Of a stretch of DNA of 64,000 bases, positions 50,181-60,343 are shown piece by piece. The notes beneath the pieces were generated by a model. The model made no database searches. It was given only the letters and a program-made list of their open reading frames with translations, and was not told where the DNA came from. Within the stretch, counting starts at the first letter, position 1, and every line of letters begins with the position of its first letter. The translations under genes and the position numbers were made by a program. Origin of the DNA: an uncultured Acidobacteriota bacterium (lineage in GTDB: Bacteria > Acidobacteriota > Thermoanaerobaculia > Gp7-AA8); assembly GCA_963822445.1 (NCBI GenBank), contig CAWGHO010000003.1, forward strand, positions 864,001 to 928,000, written 5' to 3'.

Positions 50181-50471
50181 ATGACCACGACGAACCCGAT
50201 GGGAAGTGGCAATGAAGTGGAGTCGGCGGCGTTCCACGTGCCGGTGAGCCACGTCAGCAGCCCGCCAGCGCGGACCGGCTTCCGCGTGCTGAGCGGCGCG
50301 AAGGGTCGGGTGACGAAAGTACAGACCTCGATGAAGACCAGTCCGATGCTCTGGGCCGGAATCGCGGCCGGCAGCGGCTTCGCCCTCGGCCTGGTGGGAC
50401 GCTTCGTCCACTGGCGCAATTACCACCGCCGGACGACCCCGGACCTGGTGATCATCGACGCGAGTTGTTAG
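50181..50471 (+). CDS. small hypothetical membrane protein
   Basis: AAGGAGG RBS; single C-terminal TM segment. Confidence 0.55.
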   Translation: MTTTNPMGSGNEVESAAFHVPVSHVSSPPARTGFRVLSGAKGRVTKVQTSMKTSPMLWAGIAAGSGFALGLVGRFVHWRNYHRRTTPDLVIIDASC

Positions 50472-50473
50472 CC

Positions 50474-50541
50474 GTGTAGTGTGGGCCTCCGGCCTACCTT
50501 TCGTCCGCCGCCCGAAGGTAGGCCGGAGGCCCACACTACAC
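50474..50541. repeat. GTAG-type REP palindrome, copy 1
   Basis: gtgtagtgtgggcctccggcctacctt ... aaggtaggccggaggcccacactacac; identical arms at 62927-62995. Confidence 0.88.
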
Positions 50542-51150
50542 CTTCGACCTCAGCGCCTCACCGAGAACCCGATCGAGCACCACGATCCACGTCGCGTACC
50601 CGCGCTCGTTCGGGTGAAAGCGGTCCGGATGGAACATCGTCGGATCAGCGCGAAGCAGCGGTCCCGTCTCCTCGGCGATCGGCGCGAAGAACAGCCGCTC
50701 CTTCTTCGCGACCTCCTTGAACATCGCGTTCGCGTTCCGCGTTCGCCGCGTCGCAAGAGGACGAAGCAGGCGAGGAATGCGCGGTGGTGCTCCCATGTCC
50801 GGCGAGCCGGTGACGACGATGATCACGTTCGGATTCGCCGTACGTAGCCGGCGCACGATCTCCAGGAGGCTCTTCCGCATCGAGGAGACTGAAGTGAGGC
50901 GGATGACGTCGTTCGCGCTCGCGGAGAGCAGCACGAGATCGGGTTTCACCTGCTCAGCCGCGGGTAACTGATCGCGGACGACGTCTTTCAACTTCGCACC
51001 GGAGATGCCGAGATTGGTCATCGCTATCTGGTGCTTTTCTGCGAGGTGCCGCGTGGTGACGGCGGCGAGCCCACTCTCGTACGGGGCACCGACGCCCGCG
51101 GCGGTGCTGTCGCCGAGGACGACGTAGGTGATCAGGGCGGCGAAGAACAT
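50536..51150 (-). CDS. SGNH/GDSL hydrolase
   Basis: LGDSTAAG, G.SGA, SANDV and DRFHPN. Confidence 0.9.
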   Translation of the reverse strand: MFFAALITYVVLGDSTAAGVGAPYESGLAAVTTRHLAEKHQIAMTNLGISGAKLKDVVRDQLPAAEQVKPDLVLLSASANDVIRLTSVSSMRKSLLEIVRRLRTANPNVIIVVTGSPDMGAPPRIPRLLRPLATRRTRNANAMFKEVAKKERLFFAPIAEETGPLLRADPTMFHPDRFHPNERGYATWIVVLDRVLGEALRSKV

Positions 51151-51199
51151 CCTCTAATCATGGTGCATTGTTAACCTTGAGCCCGCCGCCAACGTATCA

Positions 51200-51865
51200 G
51201 TGGCCATGACTCGCTGGCGCTGGTGGTGGGCCGTCCTGGCTTTCTTCGCGATTCCGATCGGTCTTTACGCCGCTTCGTTTCTCTACTTCGGCGAGCGGAT
51301 GTTTCCGCCGCCGCTCAAGGCGTCGTTTCTCGCGCGGCCGTGGGGCATTTACCCGCACGCGCTGATCGGCGCGATCGCGCTCGTCATCGGGCCGTTTCAA
51401 TTCAATCGTCGTCTGCTTCTCCGGCGCCGTCCCGTGCATCGCGTGATGGGCCGGGTCTATGTCCTCGGCGCACTGGTGACGGGCATCGTCGGCACCTACA
51501 TGGCGTGGTACGCGTTCGGCGGTCCGGTCACGCAACTGGGATTCGCGGGACTCGGACTGTCGCTGCTCTTCACCACGATCAAGGCCTTCACCTCGATCAA
51601 AGCGCGCGACGTCGCGGCGCACCGGCGATGGATGATCCGCAGTTACGCGCTGCTCTTCGGCGCGGTGACGTTGCGCATCGAGCTGCCGATCCTGATCGCG
51701 ATTTTCGGCGCGTTCGAGCCGGCGTATCGAATCGTGGCCTGGTCGTCCTGGGTACCGAACTTACTTGTCGCCGAGGCGATCGTGCATGGCGCGCCGGACG
51801 TTGCGGATGTCACCGTCGAGCGGCCGGTCCTTGAAAACCGGAGCGGCAGCCTGTCGAACGCATAA
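51200..51865 (+). CDS. DUF2306 membrane protein
   Basis: GPFQF, HRVMGRVY, HRRWMIRSYAL..AVTLR and WVPNLLVAE. Confidence 0.85.
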   Translation: MAMTRWRWWWAVLAFFAIPIGLYAASFLYFGERMFPPPLKASFLARPWGIYPHALIGAIALVIGPFQFNRRLLLRRRPVHRVMGRVYVLGALVTGIVGTYMAWYAFGGPVTQLGFAGLGLSLLFTTIKAFTSIKARDVAAHRRWMIRSYALLFGAVTLRIELPILIAIFGAFEPAYRIVAWSSWVPNLLVAEAIVHGAPDVADVTVERPVLENRSGSLSNA

Positions 51866-53479
51866 GTACAGCGCTCGCGAGCCCGTTCCGAGTTGCGCGG
51901 CCACGTTGTTCCGATCGACGGATTCGAATTGCCGCGCCTGCGCTTCCGCGGCGTCGACGTCGAGGAGCTGGGGCGACGGCCGATTGGGGTCGTAATCGAA
52001 CGTCGCGCGCCATTCGACGGCCTGGGCGGCCGTCAGCAACTCGATGGCCAGCACTGACTGCGCGTTCGACAGCACGGTGCGCAATTTCCGCGCGGCGTAC
52101 GTCGACATCGAAACGTGATCCTCGGTATTCGCACCGGTCGGAATCGAATCCACCGAAGCGGGATGGGCGAGGACCTTGTTCTCGGAGACGATCGATGCCG
52201 CGGTGTACTGGAGGATCATCAGGCCCGAGTTCACGCCCGGGCGGGTCGTGAGGTTCTGGGGCAGTCCGCGATTGTGATCGCCGTCGAGCATCATCTGCGT
52301 GCGGCGCTCGGAGATGTTCGCCAGCTCGGCGACGGCGATCGTCAGAAAGTCCGCAGCCAGTGCGAGCGGCTGGCCGTGGAAGTTGCCGGCCGAATACGCC
52401 AGGCGGCTCTCGCCGTGATACCAGTCCGGCCAGTTCGCGCGGAACTGCACGTCGAACGGCTCGCCTTCGCCGGGGAAGAAGAGCGGATTGTCGGTTGCGG
52501 CGTTGAGCTCTTTCTCGGCGATGCCGCGCACGAAGTTGATCGTGTCGCGCGTCGCGCCATGAACCTGCGGCGCGCAGCGAAGCGAATACGCATCCTGCAC
52601 GGCACCGGCGCGCTCGACGAGCTTGCTGCCGCTGATCGATTCGCGAATGCGGCGCGCGCTGTCGATCTGACCGGGGTGACCGCGTTCCTCGTGCACTTTC
52701 GAGTCGAACGCGCGCGTGCAACCGGCCATGGCCTCGAGTGTCATCGCGGCCGCGGAGTCGCTGAGATCGGCGAGCTGCTGCGCGTCGTGCACCGCCAGGG
52801 CGAGCATCGCCGCCGAGAAGTTCGCACCGTTGACGAGTCCGAGGCCTTCTTTGAAGGTCGGCTTCATCTCTTCGGCGGTGAAGCCGAGGAGGGCCGGAAG
52901 GTCTTTCGCGTCGCGCAGAGTCTTGTCGTCGAGCGTGAAAAACCGCCCTTCGCCGAGGAGGGTGACGAAGAGATGCGATAGCGGACAGAGATCGCCGCTT
53001 GCTCCGACGGAACCGCGCAGCGGCACGAGCGGAATCACGCCGCGGTTGAGCATCTCCTGAACGATGCTGACCAGCTTCGCGCGCACGCCGGAATGGCCGC
53101 GCAGAAATGCGTTCAGTCGGGTTGCAAGGCGCCGCGCACGACTTCAGGCGGGTAGTAATTCGTGAGGTCGTCGGCGTCTGTGTTCTCGCCGACGCCGACG
53201 GAGTGCGACAGCAGCAGATTGCGCTGCAGCTGCTCGAGATCGTCCGGCGCAATCGGCTTGTCCTTGAACTCGCCGAAGCCGGTCGTGACGCCGTACTCGC
53301 TCGGCGCCGCTTTTCCTTCCGCCCAGGCCCGCCGGTAGTTCTCCACGACCTCGGCGATGAGCCGCTCGCTGCGCGCGACGCGCCTCGTTCGTGGATGGGT
53401 CGAGCTCCACGCGTGCGCCATCGCGGGCGATGGCCGCGAGCTGTTCGATGGTGAGGGAGTTGCCGTCGAGGGTGATCAC
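51761..53479 (-). CDS. hutH: histidine ammonia-lyase (MIO enzyme), two apparent frameshifts near 53390 and 53115
   Basis: [31 protein letters not shown] (SH specificity pair), GSVGASGDL (MIO), [14 protein letters not shown] and EDHVSM. Confidence 0.85.
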
Positions 53480-54886
53480 TCGATCTCCGCGAGCATCTTG
53501 CGAATGCCCTCGACCAGCTCCGTCCGCGGAATCGTCACCTGTCCGGCGCGCTGGGCAAGGTACTCCTTGCGATCGGCGACCGGTTTGGCGCGCTCGCGGC
53601 CGGCGACCATGTCTTTCACGGTCACCTGTCCTGAGGCTTTTTCGTTCGAGCCGTAGAGGATCGCCAGGGGGATGTCGTACTGATCGGCGTACTTGAGCTG
53701 CTTGCCCGGGCCCTTCGCCGTGCCGATGTAAAGCTCGGTGGGGATGCCGGCGCGTCGCAGCTCCCAGGTCATCGCCATGTAGTCCGAAGCGAGGCTCGGC
53801 GTCCATGTTCGTGATGAGGACGCGCGCGGTGGCTTTGCGCTTGTCGAGCTTGCCGAGGTGGCCGAGTGCCGCCAGCAGACGATCGACGCCGATCGAGGCA
53901 CCGACTGCCGGAATGCGCTCGCCGTGAAAGCGGGTCACGAGGTCGTCATACCGTCCGCCCCCGAACACAGACCCGAACTGAGGGGCTTCGGTGAGAATCG
54001 CCTCGAAGACCGGACCGGTGTAGTAGGCGAGACCGCGGGCGATGGAAAGGTCGAGCGAGACCTTGTCGTCGTCGTAGCCGAGGGCGTAGAGGTGGTCGGA
54101 GATTTTTGCGACGTCCGCGACGGCCGGTGCATCGGCGAACAGCTCCTGCAACTGGGTGACGACCTCGCGGCGCGTGCCGCGAATGGCCAGGAACTTCTCG
54201 ATTTTGTCGACCTGCTGCCGCGCCAGTCCGACGCCGCGGATGGTGTCGCCCGATTCGTCTTTGTAGCCGGTCATGAGCTCGAGCTTCACCTTCTCGAGAC
54301 CGACCTTGTCGAGCTTGTCGAGGACGCGAAACACGTCGACGCCCTGTTCCGGGGTGATCTCCGCGAATCCCATCAGCGCATTGAGAACGCCGCGGCTGGA
54401 GTAGCGGACCACATAGCCGCCGACCTTCAGGGCGTCGAGCGTGTCGCACATCCCGGCGATGATCTCCGTATCCGCAACCTCGGACTCGACACCGACGGAA
54501 TCGAGATCGAACTGGGTGAACTCGCGATAGCGCCCCTTGTCCGGCTTGTCGGCTCGCCAGACCGAGGCGACCTGGTAACGGCGGAAGGGGCGGGGGAGAT
54601 CGGCGTACTGGGCGATGACGCGCGCGAGCGGCACGGTCAGATCGAAGCGGAGCCCCAGTTCCTCTTTTTCCGGATTGGTGACCCGAAAGATCGACGACTG
54701 CGCTTCCTGGCCCGCGCTGCCGGAGAGGACGTCGAGGTACTCGATCGCGGGCGTGCTCAGCGGAACGAAGCCGTAGAGCTCATAGACGCCACGGATGGTG
54801 TCCACCATCTGCTGCCGCGCCAGCATCTGGTCGGGAAGGAGATCGCGTAACCCTCGGGAGAGCCGTGGCTGAACGGTGGAAGTCAT
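53476..54886 (-). CDS. hisS: histidine--tRNA ligase (alphaproteobacterial/eukaryote-like type), apparent frameshift near 53795
   Basis: RGLRD, LRFDLTVPLAR, WRADKP..GRYREFTQFD, RGLAYYTG, GGGRYD and GASIGVDR; C-terminal anticodon domain GKQLKYAD. Confidence 0.93.
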
Positions 54887-54988
54887 GAATGCAGAATGCA
54901 GAATGCAGAATGCAAAAAGGGGGAATGAAGACTGGGCCGCGTTCGGCGCCCGCTCACTTCTTCATTCTGCATTCTGCATTCTGCATTC
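54887..54988. repeat. heptamer-array palindrome (GAATGCA / TGCATTC) between tRNA-His and hisS
   Basis: gaatgcagaatgcagaatgcagaatgca ... cattctgcattctgcattctgcattc. Confidence 0.88.
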
Positions 54989-55008
54989 GCCGCGAACGCG
55001 GCGGGAGT

Positions 55009-55085
55009 TGGTACCGAGGGGCGGGCTCGAACCGCCGACCCCCAGATCCACAATCTGGTGCTCTAACCAACTGAGCTACCCCGGC
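55009..55085 (-). tRNA. tRNA-His(GUG), CCA encoded, A73, G1:U72, no encoded G-1
   Basis: Cloverleaf GCCGGGG TA GCTC AGTTGGTTA GAGC A CCAGA TTGTGGA TCTGG GGGTC GGCGG TTCGAGC CCGCC CCTCGGT A CCA. Confidence 0.96.
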
Positions 55086-55164
55086 ACGGGAGGGGGATGA
55101 TACCCGAAGAGGAACGCAATTGGGCCGGTCCGCATTCTCGCTATCTCTGGAAACAAAACGAGCC

Positions 55165-55548
55165 ATGTTCCGGGTGGCTCTCGTCGCGGAATTTGCGGGT
55201 GAATCGGTCTTGACCGGCAGACGGGTGGTCGGTGCGCTTCTGCGGACGCATTCAGTTCGCCAACACTGCGCGAGCCTCGGGATCGACCGCGCCCGGTTGG
55301 TCACGGTCGTAGACGACCCTCAGTTTCTGTCGTTCGAAGAGTGCGAGCGACGGGTTGCGAGCAATGTTGGCGTGGCCGCGCCCTTGCCCCTCGACTCCGC
55401 ATTGCTCCCGGTGTTCCGCGCGATCATCGAACGGGACGGGCACCTGGGCGCGTCGCCCGTGGGGTTGCTCCGGGACATCCTTCGCGCAGATGCTGAGCTC
55501 GCGGACCTCCTGGCATCCCACGGCCTCACCGCGGAATCTCTCAGGTAA
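55165..55548 (+). CDS. hypothetical protein (weak Clp-N-like helical pattern)
   Basis: Coherent ORF ending LADLLASHGLTAESLR. Confidence 0.4.
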   Translation: MFRVALVAEFAGESVLTGRRVVGALLRTHSVRQHCASLGIDRARLVTVVDDPQFLSFEECERRVASNVGVAAPLPLDSALLPVFRAIIERDGHLGASPVGLLRDILRADAELADLLASHGLTAESLR

Positions 55549-55807
55549 ACGCGAACTCCTTCGGCGGCTTCGAGGCCGAGCGCTCCAACGTGACGTACGG
55601 GAAGCTGCGTTTCCGGCCTCCGCCATCCTCGGCCGAGACCGTGAACGTGTGGATGGGGTTGTCGAAGAAGCCGCGGGGCGGGAGGCCGGTCACGACGATC
55701 AGGCCGGCGCTGATCGAAGCGACGGGCGCGTGCCACCGCGCGCCCGTCTGATCATTCGTGACCACGACGTCGTGCATCCGGGTGGCGGGCGACGCGAGGC
55801 CGGGCAT
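55541..55807 (-). CDS. small hypothetical protein
   Basis: ORF with host-like codon usage downstream of the Crp gene; may be a fragment. Confidence 0.35.
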   Translation of the reverse strand: MPGLASPATRMHDVVVTNDQTGARWHAPVASISAGLIVVTGLPPRGFFDNPIHTFTVSAEDGGGRKRSFPYVTLERSASKPPKEFAFT

Positions 55808-55899
55808 GGTGAGGGGCAGCCTCCGAAGCGGGAGTCCTGCGAAATGGAAAGATAGACTTAAGTCTGGTCGCGGCGCTGTTCAATATTGGACATTCCGGG

Positions 55900-56562
55900 T
55901 CATTCCGCGTCGGTTCCTGCGAGAAACTCGCGGGTCTTCGCGCGATGAACGCCGATCGAGCGCGTTCCGCTGTCCTCCACCAGCCCGAGCTTGCGGAAGC
56001 GCTGCATGAACGCGGTGATGCGGGGACGGGTCGTGCCGACGATCTGGGACAGCTCTTCGTGGGAGATGCGCTGTTCGAGGCGAACGTACGGCCCGTCGGT
56101 CGCGCCGAGCTTCTCCGCGACGCCGAGGAGGACTTTGGCCAGACGGCGCTCGGCGTCCATGGTCACGAGATCGAACACCGCGGTCTGGCGCTCGGCCATC
56201 CGGTCGGCGAGATGGCGTAACAGCAGATCGGTCGCGGCGGCCGCTTTCACCTCGCCGAGGAAGTCGCGGCGGGTGATGCGATGCACGACGGTGGGCACCA
56301 TCGCCGACGCGGCTTCGTAGCGCTTCGGTGCGGTGAAACAGGACTCACCGAAGACATCGCCGGCGGTGTAGATGGCCAGCAGGCAGTCCTTGCCCGCGGC
56401 GGACGACATCGACAATTTCACCTGCCCCGACTCGATGAGATACATCGAGTCGTCGTCGTCACCCGGGGCGTAAATCGACTGCTGAACATCGACGCGCACG
56501 TGTGCCGATGCCGAAGCGCGATCGAATACATCGCGGAGTGACAGTGCGTGCGCATGAGGCAT
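55900..56562 (-). CDS. Crp/Fnr-family transcriptional regulator
   Basis: YLIESGQVKL, GDVFGE, ERRLAKVLL and HTH SHEELSQIVGTTRPRIT. Confidence 0.92.
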   Translation of the reverse strand: MPHAHALSLRDVFDRASASAHVRVDVQQSIYAPGDDDDSMYLIESGQVKLSMSSAAGKDCLLAIYTAGDVFGESCFTAPKRYEAASAMVPTVVHRITRRDFLGEVKAAAATDLLLRHLADRMAERQTAVFDLVTMDAERRLAKVLLGVAEKLGATDGPYVRLEQRISHEELSQIVGTTRPRITAFMQRFRKLGLVEDSGTRSIGVHRAKTREFLAGTDAE

Positions 56563-56836
56563 TTGGTTAGAGGCGCAGCGATCGTAGGCAGCGTCGATAG
56601 CCACGTCTGTTCAGAATTGGACATGCATTGCCACACATCGTGAATTGCCGCTACGAAGCGCAGAATCACGCGCAGTTTCATGCGCAGAGGCATTGCGCAA
56701 TCGAATCGTCCCGGCGATGTGCGAGCGCGCGCGAAGCGTGTGTGATCGTGCACAGGACCGCGTCCAGTAGACGATTTGCGCGATCCCGCGGACTTATGTT
56801 GCGCACGCGCTGGGACCGTGGAGCAGGGAGTGCGAT

Positions 56837-57842
56837 CTACGACGCGGTCAGCAGGAAATCGGCGAACCAGCGCCGCGAATCCGTCCACGTCCGGCTCACC
56901 GTGAAACCGCTCGCCGCCGCAAGCGCGGCGATGGTTCGATCGTTGTGTTTGTACGAGCTCTCGGTGTGGATGCTCTCGCCCTTTTCGAACGCGACCTCGA
57001 GATCGAGCGCGTCGATGCGCACGGTCTGTTTGCGGCGGCTGTCGAGGTGCATCTCGATGCGGCCGTGCGTCTCGTCGTACAACGCGCGGTGCGCGAACTG
57101 ATCGAGCGCGAAGTGTCCGCCGAGCTCGCGATTGATGCGCTGCAGGACATTGAGATTGAACGCCGCGGTCACGCCAAGCGCGTCGTCGTACGCCGCTTCG
57201 AGCGTGGCCCGGTCTTTACGCAGATCGGCGCCGAGAAGCACAGCGTCACCGGGACGAAGCGCCGCGCGGAGATCGCGAAACATGGCTACGGCCTGATCCG
57301 GCTCCAGGTTGCCGATCGTCGATCCGAGGAAGAGGACGATCGTGCGGCCGCGGGTCATGGTCAGTTTGGCCATCGGAATCGACGGCCGCGAAAAGTCGGA
57401 ACAGATCGCGGAGATGCGCAGTCCCTCGTACTCGGTCAGCAGATCGCGCGCGGCCTTCTCCAGCATCGACGCATCGACGTCGACCGGCACGTACTCCAGC
57501 TCGCGCTGCCGGGCAGTGATCACGTCGAAGAGGATCCGCGTTTTGCGCGCCGTTCCGCTGCCCAGTTCGACCAGGCGCGAGTGACTGCCGAACGCGTCCA
57601 CGATCTCCCCGGCATGCGTCGTTAACACTTCCGTCTCCGCCCGCGTCACGTAGTACTCGGGCAAAAAGCAGATCGTGTCGAACAAAGCGGAGCCTAGTTC
57701 GTCATAGAACCAGCGGGGCGGCAGCGACTTGCGCTGTGCGGTCAGGCCCCGGCGCACATCGTCGGCGAAAGTTCCCGGTGGCGGACTGCGTTCGGTGCAG
57801 GACGAACCGCGGGGTGGAAGGAACGGAAGGGGCTGCGGTCAT
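56837..57842 (-). CDS. egtD: L-histidine N-alpha-methyltransferase; apparent 1-nt frameshift near 57772
   Basis: KSLPPRWFYDELGS.LF..I..LPEYY.TRAE, LVELGSG, GSTIGN, AAYDD..GVTAAFN, RIEMHL and IHTESSYK; upstream ATG 57842 is out of frame by one base. Confidence 0.9.
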
Positions 57843-57934
57843 GGGCTAACCAAGCTGGATTGTCGCACGTCAGTAACTCGGAGCGGGGTCGTTCGTATAC
57901 CCCGTGACCGTACAATCCGACAGCTCTCAAACAA

Positions 57935-59102
57935 ATGAAAAAAGCTCCTGTTTGCGTAGTCCTTCTGGTCCTCGCCGGCTGTTTCTCCGGCCATGCGGAC
58001 GCTCCCGAACCGAATGAGATCCGCGTCCGCCGCGGTCCCTTCACGAATGAGGTGGTGTTGTCCGGCGAGCTCGAAGCGGCGCGCGGCGACTCTCTGGCGG
58101 TGCCGCCGCTGCCGAACTGGCAAACGGCGATCAAGTGGATGGCCGAAGACGGCGCCACGGTGAAGGCCGGCGATCCCGTTGCCGAGCTGGACAACAGCGC
58201 GCTCACTGCCGACCTCGAGCAGAAGCGCCAGACCGCGATGCAGGCGGCCCAGGAGCTTCGCCAGCGTGAAGGCGAATGGGAAGCGGACCTCGAGCAGAAA
58301 CAGCTCGAAGTGGATAAGAAGAAATCGGACGTCGAGAAAACGCGCCTGCAGACGCTCGTCCCGAAGGAGCTGCAGTCAGTGCGGCAGTTTGAACAGAACG
58401 AGCTGGCCTTCAAGAAAGCGAACATCGAGCATGAGAAAGCCCTGGACGTGCTGCGTTCCCGCCGGACTGCCGTCGCCGCGGAACGGGAAAACGTCCTGCT
58501 CCGCATCGCGCAGGCGGAACGGGACATCGCCGCGCCGAGGCTGGGCATCAATGCGCTGGTGCTCCGCGCGCCGAAGGACGGGATCGTGGTCATTCGCGAT
58601 CACTGGCAGGGCCGCAAGCTGCAGATCGGCGACACGGTCTTCGTCGGCTTCCCGATCGCCATGCTCCCCGACCTGAGCTCGATCCGATTGAAGGCGGCTC
58701 TCGCTGACGTCGACGACGGCAAGATCGCCGACGGGCATGCCGGTGGTCGTCACCCTCGACGGCTATCCGGACGTGAGCTACACGGGCCGCATCTCGTCGA
58801 TCTCCGCGGTGGCGCAGGAAAGCCGCCGGCAGTCGCTGCGGCGTCACTTCGACGTGTTCATCGACCTCGATCGTCTCGACGCCGAGCGGATGCGTCCGGC
58901 ACTCTCCGCCCGCGTGATCGTGCGCCGCGAATCGCTTCCGAATGCGCTGCTCGTGTCGCGGGCCGCGCTCGATTTCTCCGGAAAAACGCCGCGCGCACGG
59001 ACCGCGAGCGGTGAGCTCGTCGACGTGAAGCTCGGCTCGTGCAACGCGCAGGACTGCGTGATCACCGGTGGCCTGGAAGAAGGAGCGAAGCTTCGTGGCT
59101 AG
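57935..59102 (+). CDS. HlyD-type periplasmic adaptor lipoprotein no. 1 (frameshift near 58735)
   Basis: Lipobox LAGC; EDGATVKAGD; coiled coil; LRAPKDG; continuation MPVVVTLDGYPD..MRPALSA. Confidence 0.8.
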
Positions 59103-60343
59103 GATTCTCCGCAAGCGCTACCTCATCCCTCTCGCCGCCCTCGTCCTCTTCCTCCTCGGCGGCTGGACGCTGCGCAACAAGCTCGCCGCCGACCGGCAGG
59201 GCGAATGGGTTCGCGCCACGCGCGGCGATCTCGTGACCGGTTTCGAAGTCATCGGCACGCTGGCCGCGGTGCTTCGGACACGCTCGGGCCGCCGCCGCTC
59301 GATGACGTGTGGGAGTTCAAGATCGCTCGTGCTCGAACAGGAGGGCGCCGACGTCAAGAAAGGCCAGCCCGGTCCTCGGCATTCGACACGACCGAGCTGC
59401 AGCGTCGCCTCGACGAGAAGAGCGCCGAAGCGGAAGAAGCGCGCAAGCAGATCGAGAAAGAACGCGCCGACCTCAAACTGCAGACCAAAGGCGAGCGCAT
59501 GCAGCTCGCCGAAGCCGAGGCGCGTCTGGGCAAGGCCGCGCTGAAACTCGAGGCCCCGCCGGACGTGCAGGCTGTCACCGCGCGGCAGACCGTCGAGATC
59601 GAACACGCCATCGCCAAACGCGAGGCCACCGCGATTCGCTCGCGCGCTCGAAGCGCTCGAACGCGCCGCGCGAGCCAGCATCGAGTCTGCTTGAGAGCAA
59701 ACAAACTCAGGCCGCGGCGTCGTCGGCGCGCACGCAGCGCTCGATTCAGATGATGAACATCCAGGCGCCGCGCGACGGCACGGTCGTCTACGTCACCAAT
59801 CCCTGGAACGGCGAGAAGAAGAAAGTCGGCGACAACGCCTGGAAGCAGGAAAAGATCCTGGAGATCCCCGACCTCAACATGATGAAAGGCGAGGGGGAAG
59901 TGGATGAGGCCGACGCCGGCCGCGTGAATGTCGGCCAGCGCGTGATCCTGCGCCTCGACGCGCTTCCCGATCAGGAGTTCCAGGGCACGATCGTCGGCGC
60001 GGGCCGGACCGTGCAGCGCAAGCGCAACACGCAGGATCCGCTCAAGGTCCTGCGCGTCGACATCAAGCTCGATAAGACCGATCCCGCGAAGATGCGGCCA
60101 GGCATGCGCTTTCAGGGAACGATCGAGCTGGCGCGCGTGAAGAACGCGGTGCTCATTCCACGCGAAGCCGTTTCCGTGGCGTCGCAAGGACCGTACATCT
60201 ATCGCCGCGGCGCATTCGACGTCGACATCGTTCCGGTGAAGCTCGGCCGCGAGAACGACAAATTCGTGGAAGTGCTCAGTGGCGTCGAGCCCGGCGATCG
60301 CGTGCTCGTCGCCAAAACGGGCGACGAGGAGAAGAAATCGTGA
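59095..60343 (+). CDS. HlyD-type periplasmic adaptor no. 2 (several frameshifts)
   Basis: N-terminal TM; EGADVKKGQP; IQAPRDG; VDEADAGRV..LDALPD; MRPGM. Confidence 0.78.

Noticed and set aside
53144-54886. Apparent HisRS-HAL fusion in the ORF track
   Set aside because: Artefact of the indel near 53795; the corrected hisS ends at TGA 53476, which overlaps the hutH start.
54887-55008. His attenuator or T-box upstream of hisS
   Set aside because: No His-codon leader peptide or T-box motif; the space is filled by a heptamer-array palindrome.
56740-56756. CRP-like site TGTGATCGTGCACA upstream of the Crp/Fnr gene
   Set aside because: Spacing and the second half-site do not fit TGTGA-N6-TCACA; too weak to call.
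55086-56836. tRNA-anchored genomic island
   Set aside because: The region lies 5' of the tRNA, and there is no integrase and no duplicated tRNA 3' end in the window.
56837-57842. Complete ergothioneine cluster
   Set aside because: Only egtD is present; no egtB or egtC is adjacent in this window.
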